Notes: generated by a model from the letters alone, not told the origin. Counted from the first letter of the stretch, positions 29,114 to 37,946 are shown. The stretch: 64,000 bases of DNA from Methylococcales bacterium (GCA_965224565.1 CBDCZN010000002.1:602570-666569); one strand, 5' to 3'. Translations and numbers: made by a program.

Positions 29114-29653
29114 TCATCTACGCCAGATTGCAGAAAAATCAAGGGGAATGGTACATCCTGATAATTCAAATTCAAGCGTACCCTTTGAAAAATCCCCTTT
29201 TTTTTGATAGGAGCCATTGATCCATATGTAAACTTTAGCGACATTGGTTTCTGGATAAACAAGAATATAATAGGCAACACCTTCTTTTTCGTATAACTGG
29301 AATTTTAATAACTCATCTCGTTTTGCAGTTGATGGCGAAGATACCTCAAATATAACACTCGGAACCATTACGACTTTTTCATCAACCTCATCACAAAGAA
29401 TTAAAACATCCGGCTTAACAATGGTATCGTTAGAAACTAGCCAATCAATCTCCATCAGCGCATAGCAACCAGAACAATGATCATGCTTATCTCTAATAAC
29501 GTTATTTAACTCGGTGAGGATATTGCCTGCAACAATTTGATGGGAAACTGATGGGGCTGGTGACATTGCATAAGGTGTACCTGCAACCAATTCCCAGTCA
29601 CCTTCCCAAATTTTGTAGTCTTCAAGAGTGTAATGCTCATGATAAGCTAACAT
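29114..29653 (-). CDS. Uma2 (DUF820) family PD-(D/E)xK putative endonuclease, long type (copy 1)
   Basis: YTLEDYKIWEGDWELVAGTPYAMSP...KPDVLILC...VIFEVSSPSTAKRDELLKFQLYEKEGVAYY is the Uma2 signature. The start is placed at MLAYHE (aggtg Shine-Dalgarno sequence 5 nt upstream); the track ORF extends to 29674. Confidence 0.8.
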   Translation of the reverse strand: MLAYHEHYTLEDYKIWEGDWELVAGTPYAMSPAPSVSHQIVAGNILTELNNVIRDKHDHCSGCYALMEIDWLVSNDTIVKPDVLILCDEVDEKVVMVPSVIFEVSSPSTAKRDELLKFQLYEKEGVAYYILVYPETNVAKVYIWINGSYQKKGDFSKGTLEFELSGCTIPLDFSAIWRR

Positions 29654-29774
29654 ATGAACACCTAAATACAGCAACTAATAAATGGATTGACAGCATAGCA
29701 TAAGAATGAACAACACTAAACGTTAAGCTATCTTCAACATGAAATGAACCTGAGCTCATCTTTTCAGCAAATCC

Positions 29775-29923
29775 TCGCGTAGAGCAGGCAGTGGATAAGC
29801 AAAGCGTTCTTGTCGTTGCAATTGCCCAGCGAATGCGAAACTGACATTAATATGCGACAAAATAAATTTCATTGCTTGTTCAAGCGCTTCAAACAGGGTG
29901 TCTGTGATTTGACGATCATCCAG
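29775..29923 (-). pseudogene. Internal ~150-bp remnant of a third AlbA_2/HATPase_c_4 gene copy
   Basis: The nucleotide stretch aligns by eye with 28075-28228 and 35400-35555. It encodes LDDRQITDTLFEALEQAMKFILSHINVSFAFAGQLQRQERFAYPLPAL and has no flanking coding continuation. Confidence 0.75.
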
Positions 29924-30028
29924 ACTTCATGCTGCTTATAGAGGCTGTGTACACAAGCTGGGAAAGGATACTTTGGTTTACGCGAGTCGATTTGCGTTAA
30001 TGTGCAGGCTGGTTTAATTGACAAGTTT

Positions 30029-30719
30029 TCAAGTGATAGATTTCAACTTTTTTTCAAAACAAGACCTAATCTCTTCTTTACTAATATTAACTTTAGGCTC
30101 AAGATGTAAAATATTATCATCATCTATATCATCTATATAGATCAAGGCAATGGCGAAAAGCTTGAAATTAACTCCTTCAACAATAGACATAGAATAGTCA
30201 AATATTTCTTTTAGAGAAAATACTTCATTTGCTAAAAAATATAAATCATAATAATCTCTATATTTAGCCCTCAAGAAGAGAGTGTTTACTTTCATAGCAG
30301 CGATTGATTCAATCGATGATAAATTAAAATCCTCTGTTTTTTTTTGGTTTTAAAAAATCCCATTTAGCATTAAAAAAAGTCACTTTAACAGTATTAATCA
30401 ATATATCGATTTGATCATCCGTTTGATTGATTATTTCTTTATTATCAAATCTTTTTAGGTAAGAAATAATTTCTCCTTTGTCAAAAGTGTCATTATAAGT
30501 AAAAAAATACAGATCTTCACTTTTTCTATGTCGTAAATGCAACGCCAAAGCAGAGCTACCCACTAATACATAATCACTTAAAAAAGGTGCCGTATTTATT
30601 AAGGTAAGCAGCAGTCGCTGTGTGTCAAACAACAAGTAATCTAAGTTTTTCACGTCTGGCACTTTTGATTTCCTTAAAGTAGCCGCTTTCAATATCCATA
30701 GAGAACAATACTCTTGCAA
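30029..30719 (-). pseudogene. AbiEii/AbiGii-type nucleotidyltransferase toxin, split into two ORFs (30324-30719 and 30029-30295)
   Basis: The N-terminal ORF has VLVGSSALALHLRHRKSEDLYFF (AbiEii G-x-x-AL...R.S.DLDF-like motif). The C-terminal ORF has LRAKYRDYYDLYFL (R..RDxYDL motif). The frames differ and the break lies next to an A9 run (T9 on the + strand at about 30336-30344). Confidence 0.6.
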
Positions 30720-31074
30720 TAAAAAGGTTTAAGCGAATAAATCTTCTATCATCAACTAATTTTTCTAACCAAACCTGCTTAACCATTTTTAGACCAAAAA
30801 TATCAAGAGCAGTCTTGAGATCACCAAAATCCCCATATTTCAAAATTGTCTCACACAAGGCTTCATCACCCAGCTGTTCACAGGAGAGTTCTTTTGAATA
30901 ACTCCAAAATAACCCCTTATTTTTTAGTACCTCAAACAAGGAAACTTTAATTCTGTGTTGTTTTAAAACTTTTGAAATTAAGACATTAGATACTTTTAAG
31001 TATTCAGCAATATCATTCTGTTTATAACCATCATAGACAGCCTTTACAATATTATAATTTCTCGTTGCAATCAA
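30625..31074 (-). CDS. HTH protein, probable cognate antitoxin/partner of the AbiEii-like gene
   Basis: 149 aa with an N-terminal HTH (QNDIAEYLKVSNVLISKVLK). LFWSYSKELSCEQLGDEALCETILKYGDFGDLKTALDIFG resembles the small domain often encoded just upstream of AbiEii genes. It sits immediately upstream of, and overlaps, the toxin ORF. Confidence 0.5.
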   Translation of the reverse strand: MIATRNYNIVKAVYDGYKQNDIAEYLKVSNVLISKVLKQHRIKVSLFEVLKNKGLFWSYSKELSCEQLGDEALCETILKYGDFGDLKTALDIFGLKMVKQVWLEKLVDDRRFIRLNLFIARVLFSMDIESGYFKEIKSARREKLRLLVV

Positions 31075-31735
31075 AAAGAGAATAATCGCTCAAATGTTTA
31101 CATTTAACTCTAGCAATACCATTGCTTTTTTTATTAAATTTAGCCTGATGTAACTCAGACAACTGGTTTTTATCATTTTCATTAACTATATTTTCAGATA
31201 ATCCTAATAAACCCGTTGTATTATCAAGTCTAATAATAATTCCAAGATTTAAACAGTGCATTTTAATCTTGGGCGCGATTGGTTTGGTTAAGAAAAAAGA
31301 GGACGCATATGCAAAATCACCAATTTTTCGAGTAATCCCAGCCTTAATCGGATTACACTCAATATATTTAACCAAGCTAAAGAGGTATGACTCATCATAA
31401 ATATACCAAGATTGAAACCTTCCCTGCCAAAGGTGGCCTACTCGATTATATTTTTTATTAAAATAGATAGCATATTTTGAGTTTATTTGTCTCATTATTA
31501 GAGACAGGTTAGTCTTTGTTATTTCAATAAGCAAATGATAATGATTGTCCATCAGGCAAAATGAATGCATGATGAATTTATAAAGGTCCGCAGTCTCATC
31601 AATAATATCTATGAATTTGTCCCGATCATCATCGCTGAGAAAAACGGTACGGTGCTCAACTCCTCTATTGATGATGTGATAAAACCCTATTTCCTCTATT
31701 CTAACTCGTCTTGCCATATGGATAGTAACAGTCAT
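31052..31735 (-). CDS. IS200-like Y1 (HUH) transposase / REP-associated tyrosine transposase-like protein
   Basis: 227 aa. Motifs: FYHIINRGVEHRTVF, HUH motif MDNHYHLLIE, GHLWQGRFQS and the catalytic-Tyr region VKYIECNPIKAG. No flanking IS ends were identified. Confidence 0.75.
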   Translation of the reverse strand: MTVTIHMARRVRIEEIGFYHIINRGVEHRTVFLSDDDRDKFIDIIDETADLYKFIMHSFCLMDNHYHLLIEITKTNLSLIMRQINSKYAIYFNKKYNRVGHLWQGRFQSWYIYDESYLFSLVKYIECNPIKAGITRKIGDFAYASSFFLTKPIAPKIKMHCLNLGIIIRLDNTTGLLGLSENIVNENDKNQLSELHQAKFNKKSNGIARVKCKHLSDYSLFDCNEKL

Positions 31736-31839
31736 GATGACTCAATAGAGTACTAGTTTATATCAAGAAAAGTTAAAAATAAATACCTGGCACCATTTGT
31801 TGAAAGTCTTTCATGACAGAGATAACAGCATTCATAAAC

Positions 31840-32994
31840 TCAGTCAACAATAAAATCAGAATACCGCTCTAAAAAGGAAAGAACCCGATCAATATTGTCT
31901 GGAGTCGTAGGTAAATTCACAACATGGGAAGATAAATATTGAGCAACAGGAAAGTTCTCACGCTGAAATTTCCATGCTGATAAATCACCTTCAACAGGAT
32001 GTAACGGAGAAGTAAACCATTCCCCCAGATTAATACGGTGCTTTTCCGCTAATGCCATGAATTCACTACGCTGATTAACTAACAAGGGATATTTCAAAAA
32101 TGAATGATTTACAAACCATTTCTCAGCAACATGATTTTTGCCAAGTTGGATAAGAAAATTGGTATATATTTCAGCGTTCTGTTTGCGCTTTACAAGATCT
32201 GAAGAAAGATTTGGTAGGGTCCTTAAACCTTCTTTCGCTTGTATATTACTAAATCCTTTAAAATAGTCATCAGGCATGTTAATAGAAATAATTTCCTCAC
32301 CAGAAGATGAACCTACAACGAGATTATTTCTACTTAACAAACGAAAAAATTTTACTAGTGGCCAATAAGTAATTTCATTAATTAAAAAACGCTTAATAAA
32401 ATACAACACCTTCAAATTCAATAAATCTTTAGTCGAAGGAGCGATTAGTTCAGAATTCAAGGACAATAAATGATCTGTTATTGTTTTATTATTAGCAATA
32501 GAAAAACCACCTAGCCCTGTTGAAAAAGGTTTATTCCACTGCGTCGAATAAATGGCGGCATCACAAGTCAATCCGTTAGCAATCCCATCATATGTTCCCC
32601 CGAAGCCTTGTGTGCAATCCTCAATGGTATAAAGATGATATTTCTTGGCTAATGCATTAAGCACTTGAAGATCAGTAGATAAACCATAAGTATTTTGACA
32701 AATAATAACCTTTGATTTATCTGTAATAGCATTCTCTACTTGAGCAACATCCATGTTATAGGTATCAGCAGCCACATCTACATAGACAGGTTTCGCGCCT
32801 AAATAAATAATCGCATTTGGGACAACCACACAAGTGTATGCAGGAAGAATAATCTCATCACCTTCTTGTACATCCATTGCCTTTAATAAGGCATAGAGGC
32901 CAACACGTGCTTTCCAATAAAACGTGATTGTCTTCTTATTGACTGATAATAGTTGAGCGATTGAAAATAGGAACGAATTTTTAGTGTTAGACAT
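31840..32994 (-). CDS. DegT/DnrJ/EryC1/StrS family aminotransferase (second, intact)
   Basis: 384 aa. PLP aminotransferase-like (ILPAYTCVVVPNAI, YSTQWNKPFSTGLGG). Its C-terminus matches the remnant at 26986-27204. Confidence 0.8.
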   Translation of the reverse strand: MSNTKNSFLFSIAQLLSVNKKTITFYWKARVGLYALLKAMDVQEGDEIILPAYTCVVVPNAIIYLGAKPVYVDVAADTYNMDVAQVENAITDKSKVIICQNTYGLSTDLQVLNALAKKYHLYTIEDCTQGFGGTYDGIANGLTCDAAIYSTQWNKPFSTGLGGFSIANNKTITDHLLSLNSELIAPSTKDLLNLKVLYFIKRFLINEITYWPLVKFFRLLSRNNLVVGSSSGEEIISINMPDDYFKGFSNIQAKEGLRTLPNLSSDLVKRKQNAEIYTNFLIQLGKNHVAEKWFVNHSFLKYPLLVNQRSEFMALAEKHRINLGEWFTSPLHPVEGDLSAWKFQRENFPVAQYLSSHVVNLPTTPDNIDRVLSFLERYSDFIVD

Positions 32995-33005
32995 ATTGTA
33001 GAGAC

Positions 33006-33587
33006 TTAAACCCAGTGTTGTTCATCAGCAAGCGACATGATATCAATATCAGATGCTTCATCTGCATAAGACACGATATAATAATTTTTTACATCAAGGA
33101 TTTTTTTGAGTTCGACAGACTTAACAGCGCCACGACAAACATTACCATGTATTTCACCTGTATATATATCATTATAACAAACCAAATTAGTGGCTATTAC
33201 CTCTACAGATTCACCTATATTATTCGACTGTAGCCAGGTTTTTATAACAACATCAAAGTTTGCTGAAACAATAATTACTCTGTCATTCTCACTTCTTGAG
33301 TTAAGAAAATCATGATACACACTTGAATTATGATCTACTTTTTCTTGGAGGAATTTGAGTAGGATCTTATTGATCTGATGAACACTCTTTCCCTTGAAAA
33401 AATATTTAGAAAATCTTCTTTTTAACTCTTCATTAGAAAAAAAAGTCAACTTGAAACCTAGGTAGTAATAAAAAAACTTCCCAAAAGAAATAAATCGCCC
33501 ATTTGTAGCAAAAAAAAGTGCCATGGGAAGCAAGGTATCCCTGTTGGTCAAGGTACCATCAAAATCAAATACAGTCGCTTTATTCAT
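33006..33587 (-). CDS. HAD-superfamily (IB-like) hydrolase/phosphatase
   Basis: 193 aa with HAD motif I VFDFDGTLT at the N-terminus and a C-terminal acidic motif YADEASDIDIM. Confidence 0.7.
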   Translation of the reverse strand: MNKATVFDFDGTLTNRDTLLPMALFFATNGRFISFGKFFYYYLGFKLTFFSNEELKRRFSKYFFKGKSVHQINKILLKFLQEKVDHNSSVYHDFLNSRSENDRVIIVSANFDVVIKTWLQSNNIGESVEVIATNLVCYNDIYTGEIHGNVCRGAVKSVELKKILDVKNYYIVSYADEASDIDIMSLADEQHWV

Positions 33588-34780
33588 ATAGCGTCTATAT
33601 CTAACAAAGCTTCATCGCTGGGATTTACACTTTGAGTACTTACAAATTTATTAAAGTAATATAAACCTTCAAATAAAAATGGAACTGGGTCATCAAGAAA
33701 GAAATCATCATATCCATCAACGCTGCCGCTTAAGAAACCTTTAATCGGAGTTATTAACTGCTTGGTATGTCCCATCTCACTCATCAATGACAAGACATCA
33801 CCTAATAACCATTTAACTTTTACGCCAAGCTTATAATCCATTACAGGATCTATATCACCATCAGTAGCCATTTGATATAGCAGATAGGGAAAATCTACAC
33901 CAGACTGTATTGCAAGTGACAACGATCCCCAAAAACGTGGATTAACATCTATAACCATTGCGGTATTAGATTTTTTATCATATTTAAATTCAACCATAGC
34001 AACACCATGAAACTTTACCCTCGAAAGGAGTTCTATCGCATATTCTTCAAGTAGAGGTTCTCTAACACTGACCCTTACAGTACTTGTTCCACCAGTGTAT
34101 GTTTTTTCACGTAAGCGTTTATGTGTAAAAACAGCTCTAACTTCACCATGATTCATCAATACAGATACACCATATCCATTTCCTTTCACATATTGTTGAA
34201 CAAAAGGATACTGATCTTTGGTTTCGCATAGTCTTGAATAAATCGCTTCAGCGCCATCCCTGTTATGTATATAGTGAACACCCTTGGCGCTATTAGTCTG
34301 GCTATCTTTGATTACAACAGGATATGCCATGCTGGAAAATATATCGGGCAAGTTATCTAACGAAGTAATTCTATAAATCTCTGGAGTTGGTATCCCGTAC
34401 TTTTGACACACATCAAATAAGCATTCTTTCTTGTGCAATTGTTCTAACACATCAAAATCAGCTATAGGAACTATAAATCCAGACTGTTCTAATTGTTCAC
34501 GGTATTTAGCAGCAATAAATATCTCTTCATGTACAGGAAGGTATACCCTGGAATGATCATCTTTAACCTGTTGTGTAAGCGAATTTACAAAAGAAGCTGG
34601 GTTTTTATAAAATGATGGATATTGAAAAAAATCATCGCCATAACGAGAAAATCGAGCCATTGCTAGCTTGTTAGCATCCCCAACGATTACACGTACTCCT
34701 TTCGCAGCTAATGATCTTAATACATTGTATCCGACCCGATTCCAACAATAAGTGACTAATGCATCAATATTTTTATTCAT
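33584..34780 (-). CDS. ATP-grasp domain protein (carboxylate-amine ligase-like)
   Basis: 398 aa with a pre-ATP-grasp Rossmann N-terminus (VRVIVGDAN). The central region (YPVVIKDSQTNSAKGVHYI...VQQYV...AMVEFKYD...VIDVNPRFWGS) is typical of ATP-grasp ligases. 4-nt overlap with the HAD gene. Confidence 0.75.
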   Translation of the reverse strand: MNKNIDALVTYCWNRVGYNVLRSLAAKGVRVIVGDANKLAMARFSRYGDDFFQYPSFYKNPASFVNSLTQQVKDDHSRVYLPVHEEIFIAAKYREQLEQSGFIVPIADFDVLEQLHKKECLFDVCQKYGIPTPEIYRITSLDNLPDIFSSMAYPVVIKDSQTNSAKGVHYIHNRDGAEAIYSRLCETKDQYPFVQQYVKGNGYGVSVLMNHGEVRAVFTHKRLREKTYTGGTSTVRVSVREPLLEEYAIELLSRVKFHGVAMVEFKYDKKSNTAMVIDVNPRFWGSLSLAIQSGVDFPYLLYQMATDGDIDPVMDYKLGVKVKWLLGDVLSLMSEMGHTKQLITPIKGFLSGSVDGYDDFFLDDPVPFLFEGLYYFNKFVSTQSVNPSDEALLDIDAI

Positions 34781-34827
34781 TATAATAAATTAGCTAAAAG
34801 GCATAATAGTCTTTAGGAAGCTAAACT

Positions 34828-36207
34828 TTATTCCTCTTCGCAGGTAAGATTCTTATTCAATATTGCATGATAACCACCTGTTTTGGGTGATCCTCTAAAC
34901 TCGATTTTGTTTTCATCTTTTAATTGTTTCAGCCTGCGCTCCAGAGTTCTCTGGGGTACAGCGAATACCATTTTTAGCTCACTGGTTCTTTTCCCAGGAT
35001 GAGTGCCAATATAAGCCAAGAGGGAATTTACTCCGTCATTTACTCCGTCATTTACTCCGTCATTTACTCCGCCATGCCTCTCTTCATCTTGCTGAAATGT
35101 GACCAATACACCATCGCCCATTTCCTCAATTTTGAAGGTTACGTGTGGATAATCCTGAAGTACTTTGCGAATACGGATGAAGCCACTGCCGTATTTTTCA
35201 ATATTTTTTGTCAGGTAAAATGCTTCTGCAACTAACTTGTTACGCAGGTGTGATTGATAGTGATCCGTTTTGATGTCTTCTATCGTTAAGCCACCATAAA
35301 ATCGACCAGGGCTAAAAATCGTGATGCTGTGATCAAAAATTTTTATTTGAATATCAGATGGGCTAGTGTAATCACGGTGAACCAATGCATTTAAAAGTGC
35401 TTCGCGCAGAGCAGGCAGTGGATAAGCAAAGCGTTCTTGGCGTTGCAATTGTCCAGCGAATTCGAAACTAACACTGATATGCGACAAAATAAATTTCATC
35501 GTTTGTTCAACTGCTTCAAACAGAGTGTCTGTGATTTGACGGTCATCCAGAATCAAGGTGGGTGTTTTGAAACGCCCAATATGGATGTGGTGTCGCAAAG
35601 GTTCTTGTGCGAACAGGAGTAATGCAGCCCAGCTAGGTTGTTGTTCAGTGATATATTTAAGCTTTTCCAGTGCTAATAATGGTGATGGATCGAGGTTAAA
35701 CCGTCCCCCGTCGTTCACCTGCGTGATAAATACTTCTATTTTTGTAACAGACAAATCATCGAGTTTCGCATTAATTGCTGGGTAGGTATCCCACGACAAT
35801 TGCAATGATTGCATGTAAAGATCATTAATCTCACCTAAGCTAAGCTGGTGATTGGAGCTGGCAATGCGTTTGAAATATCGTCCTCGAGTATTGACTGGCT
35901 TAACCGGATATTCACCTATGGAGAATAGTGCTAGAGTTTTTCCATTTATATCAACAGCTGAAATGTCAGGAATGATTGATGGACTGGTAGTGGATTTAAC
36001 TTGACCAAGCCATTCATTCAGTGTCTCTTTCCCTAATGTGATGCCTTGAACAACACCTTTGTCAGTAACGCCAACCAATACGCGACCGCCTTCAGCATTG
36101 GCAAAAGCAACCAAAGTTTCAATCGTGTTGCGATCGAACGAGGTTTTAAACTCAGTACTTTGTGATTCGCCTTGTGTGATTAGTGTCGCAAGGTTTTGTT
36201 CTTTCAT
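34828..36207 (-). CDS. AlbA_2 (Schlafen-like) + HATPase_c_4 + wHTH protein (copy 2)
   Basis: Paralog of 27544-28896 with very high amino-acid identity across the whole length. The track ORF extends to 36279; I prefer the Met of MKEQNLATLITQGES by alignment with copy 1. Confidence 0.8.
   Translation of the reverse strand: MKEQNLATLITQGESQSTEFKTSFDRNTIETLVAFANAEGGRVLVGVTDKGVVQGITLGKETLNEWLGQVKSTTSPSIIPDISAVDINGKTLALFSIGEYPVKPVNTRGRYFKRIASSNHQLSLGEINDLYMQSLQLSWDTYPAINAKLDDLSVTKIEVFITQVNDGGRFNLDPSPLLALEKLKYITEQQPSWAALLLFAQEPLRHHIHIGRFKTPTLILDDRQITDTLFEAVEQTMKFILSHISVSFEFAGQLQRQERFAYPLPALREALLNALVHRDYTSPSDIQIKIFDHSITIFSPGRFYGGLTIEDIKTDHYQSHLRNKLVAEAFYLTKNIEKYGSGFIRIRKVLQDYPHVTFKIEEMGDGVLVTFQQDEERHGGVNDGVNDGVNDGVNSLLAYIGTHPGKRTSELKMVFAVPQRTLERRLKQLKDENKIEFRGSPKTGGYHAILNKNLTCEEE
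35025..35072. repeat. In-frame 12-bp tandem repeat, 4 copies (a/catttactccgt/c), encoding GGVN(DGVN)3
   Basis: Read directly from the sequence. It sits at the same position as the 3-copy array in copy 1. Confidence 0.9.
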
Positions 36208-36428
36208 CCCACCTTGCTCAACTTTGTTATATGCAGCAACTTGACCATTATTAATGGAATGGGGATAGCTGTTTGTCATGATTGCGCAGAACTATTGTTT
36301 ATCTTTAAGGCGCTAAAACAGGCGCATAGCTATCTACGTGACTGTTTTAGTGTATTGCTCTCGGCAAAAAATCAACACGCTATCAATTCCGCAGCCGCGC
36401 GAAGTATAAGCCTGCCTCAAAATAATCA

Positions 36429-36968
36429 TCAGCTACGCCAGATAGCAGAAAAATCAAGGGGAATGGTCCATCCTGATAATTCAAACTCAAGCTTACCCTT
36501 AGAAAAATCCCCTTTTTTTTGGTAGGATCCATTGACCCATATGTAAACTTTAGCAACATTTGTTTCTGGATAAACAAGGATATAATAGGCAACACTTTCT
36601 TTTTCGTATAACTGGAATTTTAATAACTCATCTCGTTTTGCAGTTGATGGAGAAGACACCTCAAATATAACACTCGGAACCATTACGACTTTTTCATCAA
36701 CCTCATCACAAAGAATTAAAACATCCGGCTTAACAATGGTATCGTTAGAAACCACCCAATCAATCTCCATCAGCGCATGGCAACCAGCACAATGATCATG
36801 CTTATCTCTAATAATATTATTTAACTGGGTGAGGATATTGCCTGCAACAATTTGATGGGAGACCGATGGAGTTGGAGACATTGCATAAGGCGTACCTGCA
36901 ACCAACTCCCAATCTCCTTCCCAAATCTTGTAGTCTGCAAGAGTGTAATGCTCATGATAAGCTAGCAT
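36429..36968 (-). CDS. Uma2 (DUF820) family putative endonuclease, long type (copy 2)
   Basis: Near-identical paralog of 29114-29653 (MLAYHEHYTLADYKIWEGDWELVAGTPYAMSP...). The track ORF extends to 37034. Confidence 0.8.
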   Translation of the reverse strand: MLAYHEHYTLADYKIWEGDWELVAGTPYAMSPTPSVSHQIVAGNILTQLNNIIRDKHDHCAGCHALMEIDWVVSNDTIVKPDVLILCDEVDEKVVMVPSVIFEVSSPSTAKRDELLKFQLYEKESVAYYILVYPETNVAKVYIWVNGSYQKKGDFSKGKLEFELSGWTIPLDFSAIWRS

Positions 36969-37244
36969 ATGAACACCTAAATATGGCAACAAAGAAATAA
37001 CGGGTTGACAGCATAGCATAAGAATGATCAACACAAAACGTCAGAGACCTAAATCCGCAAATGATTGTGAAATCGGGTGCTGATTCAGCACAATGTCTAT
37101 TATGTGGACCGTTTGTGACCTGATTGATAACCGTGAAGAACATAAAGATAATGAAGGAAAGAGAATTTAGTGATTTGTCGAATAAAGAGTGAGGAATTAA
37201 TAATTAAGTGACTATTTTTGATTAAAACATGTATTCGCTTCTAT

Positions 37245-37946
37245 TTAATATTGTTCTTCTTTTTTTCTAATTAAGTATATACGATTAAGACGAACAATGA
37301 CAAAAGCAATAACTGAAAAGATTGTCGGCCATATTCCTCTTATTGAAATATTCTTTTTTAGAAGAGATAATCTTGCGATCATCGCCAGATATTTAAGATC
37401 AAATTCTTCATGTTCGATGCTTGAGATAAATTGATCAACTAAGGCAGGTGGGAAATATTGTTCGAAGGGTGTACGGTAAGGACTGCTTAATTTTTGTTTC
37501 AACCCTAAAACCTTGTCCTGTCTTAATCTACCCATATGAAGTAGTTCCTTTAAATAGGATAAGGCTAATTCATTTTCCGGCTTTAAAACTTTAATGCTAT
37601 TGTGGTACTTATAGTCATGAATTATAACATAATGATTCATATAGACTAAACCAGCATAATTAAACGTCGACCATATGTCGATATCTATAGAATCTGCTTT
37701 TGAAATTAAGCGTAGTTTTAAAACATCAAGTCTTATGTCTTTTATGTTTAAAGTATATGAATATTCTTCACCTATACTTATAATAATAGCGATAAAATCA
37801 TCTAAGTCATTTTTTAAAACGCCAAAGTCAATGTCGTTAGAATAGGCGTTAGGGAGGTTTTCGAACCCTCTTAACACAACATAGCAAATTTTACTTAGCT
37901 CAAGTTTTAGAAACAAATAAGGTAATATCGACTCTGAATGACTCAT
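37245..37946 (-). CDS. Hypothetical protein, possibly an uncharacterised nucleotidyltransferase-fold protein with a C-terminal TM helix
   Basis: 233 aa. VVLRGFENLPNAYSNDIDFGVL resembles the KG...R..DIDLL motif of uncharacterised NTases found in glycan loci. The C-terminus (WPTIFSVIAFVIV) is hydrophobic. Confidence 0.4.
   Translation of the reverse strand: MSHSESILPYLFLKLELSKICYVVLRGFENLPNAYSNDIDFGVLKNDLDDFIAIIISIGEEYSYTLNIKDIRLDVLKLRLISKADSIDIDIWSTFNYAGLVYMNHYVIIHDYKYHNSIKVLKPENELALSYLKELLHMGRLRQDKVLGLKQKLSSPYRTPFEQYFPPALVDQFISSIEHEEFDLKYLAMIARLSLLKKNISIRGIWPTIFSVIAFVIVRLNRIYLIRKKEEQY

Noticed and set aside
30323-30360. Exact frameshift position in the AbiEii-like gene
   Set aside because: My manual base count here differs by one nucleotide from what the supplied ORF translation implies. 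I therefore report only that the split lies beside the A9 run, not a precise site.
27711-35072. Short direct repeats considered as a possible CRISPR array
   Set aside because: The units are 12 bp, directly adjacent with no spacers, in frame and inside coding sequence.
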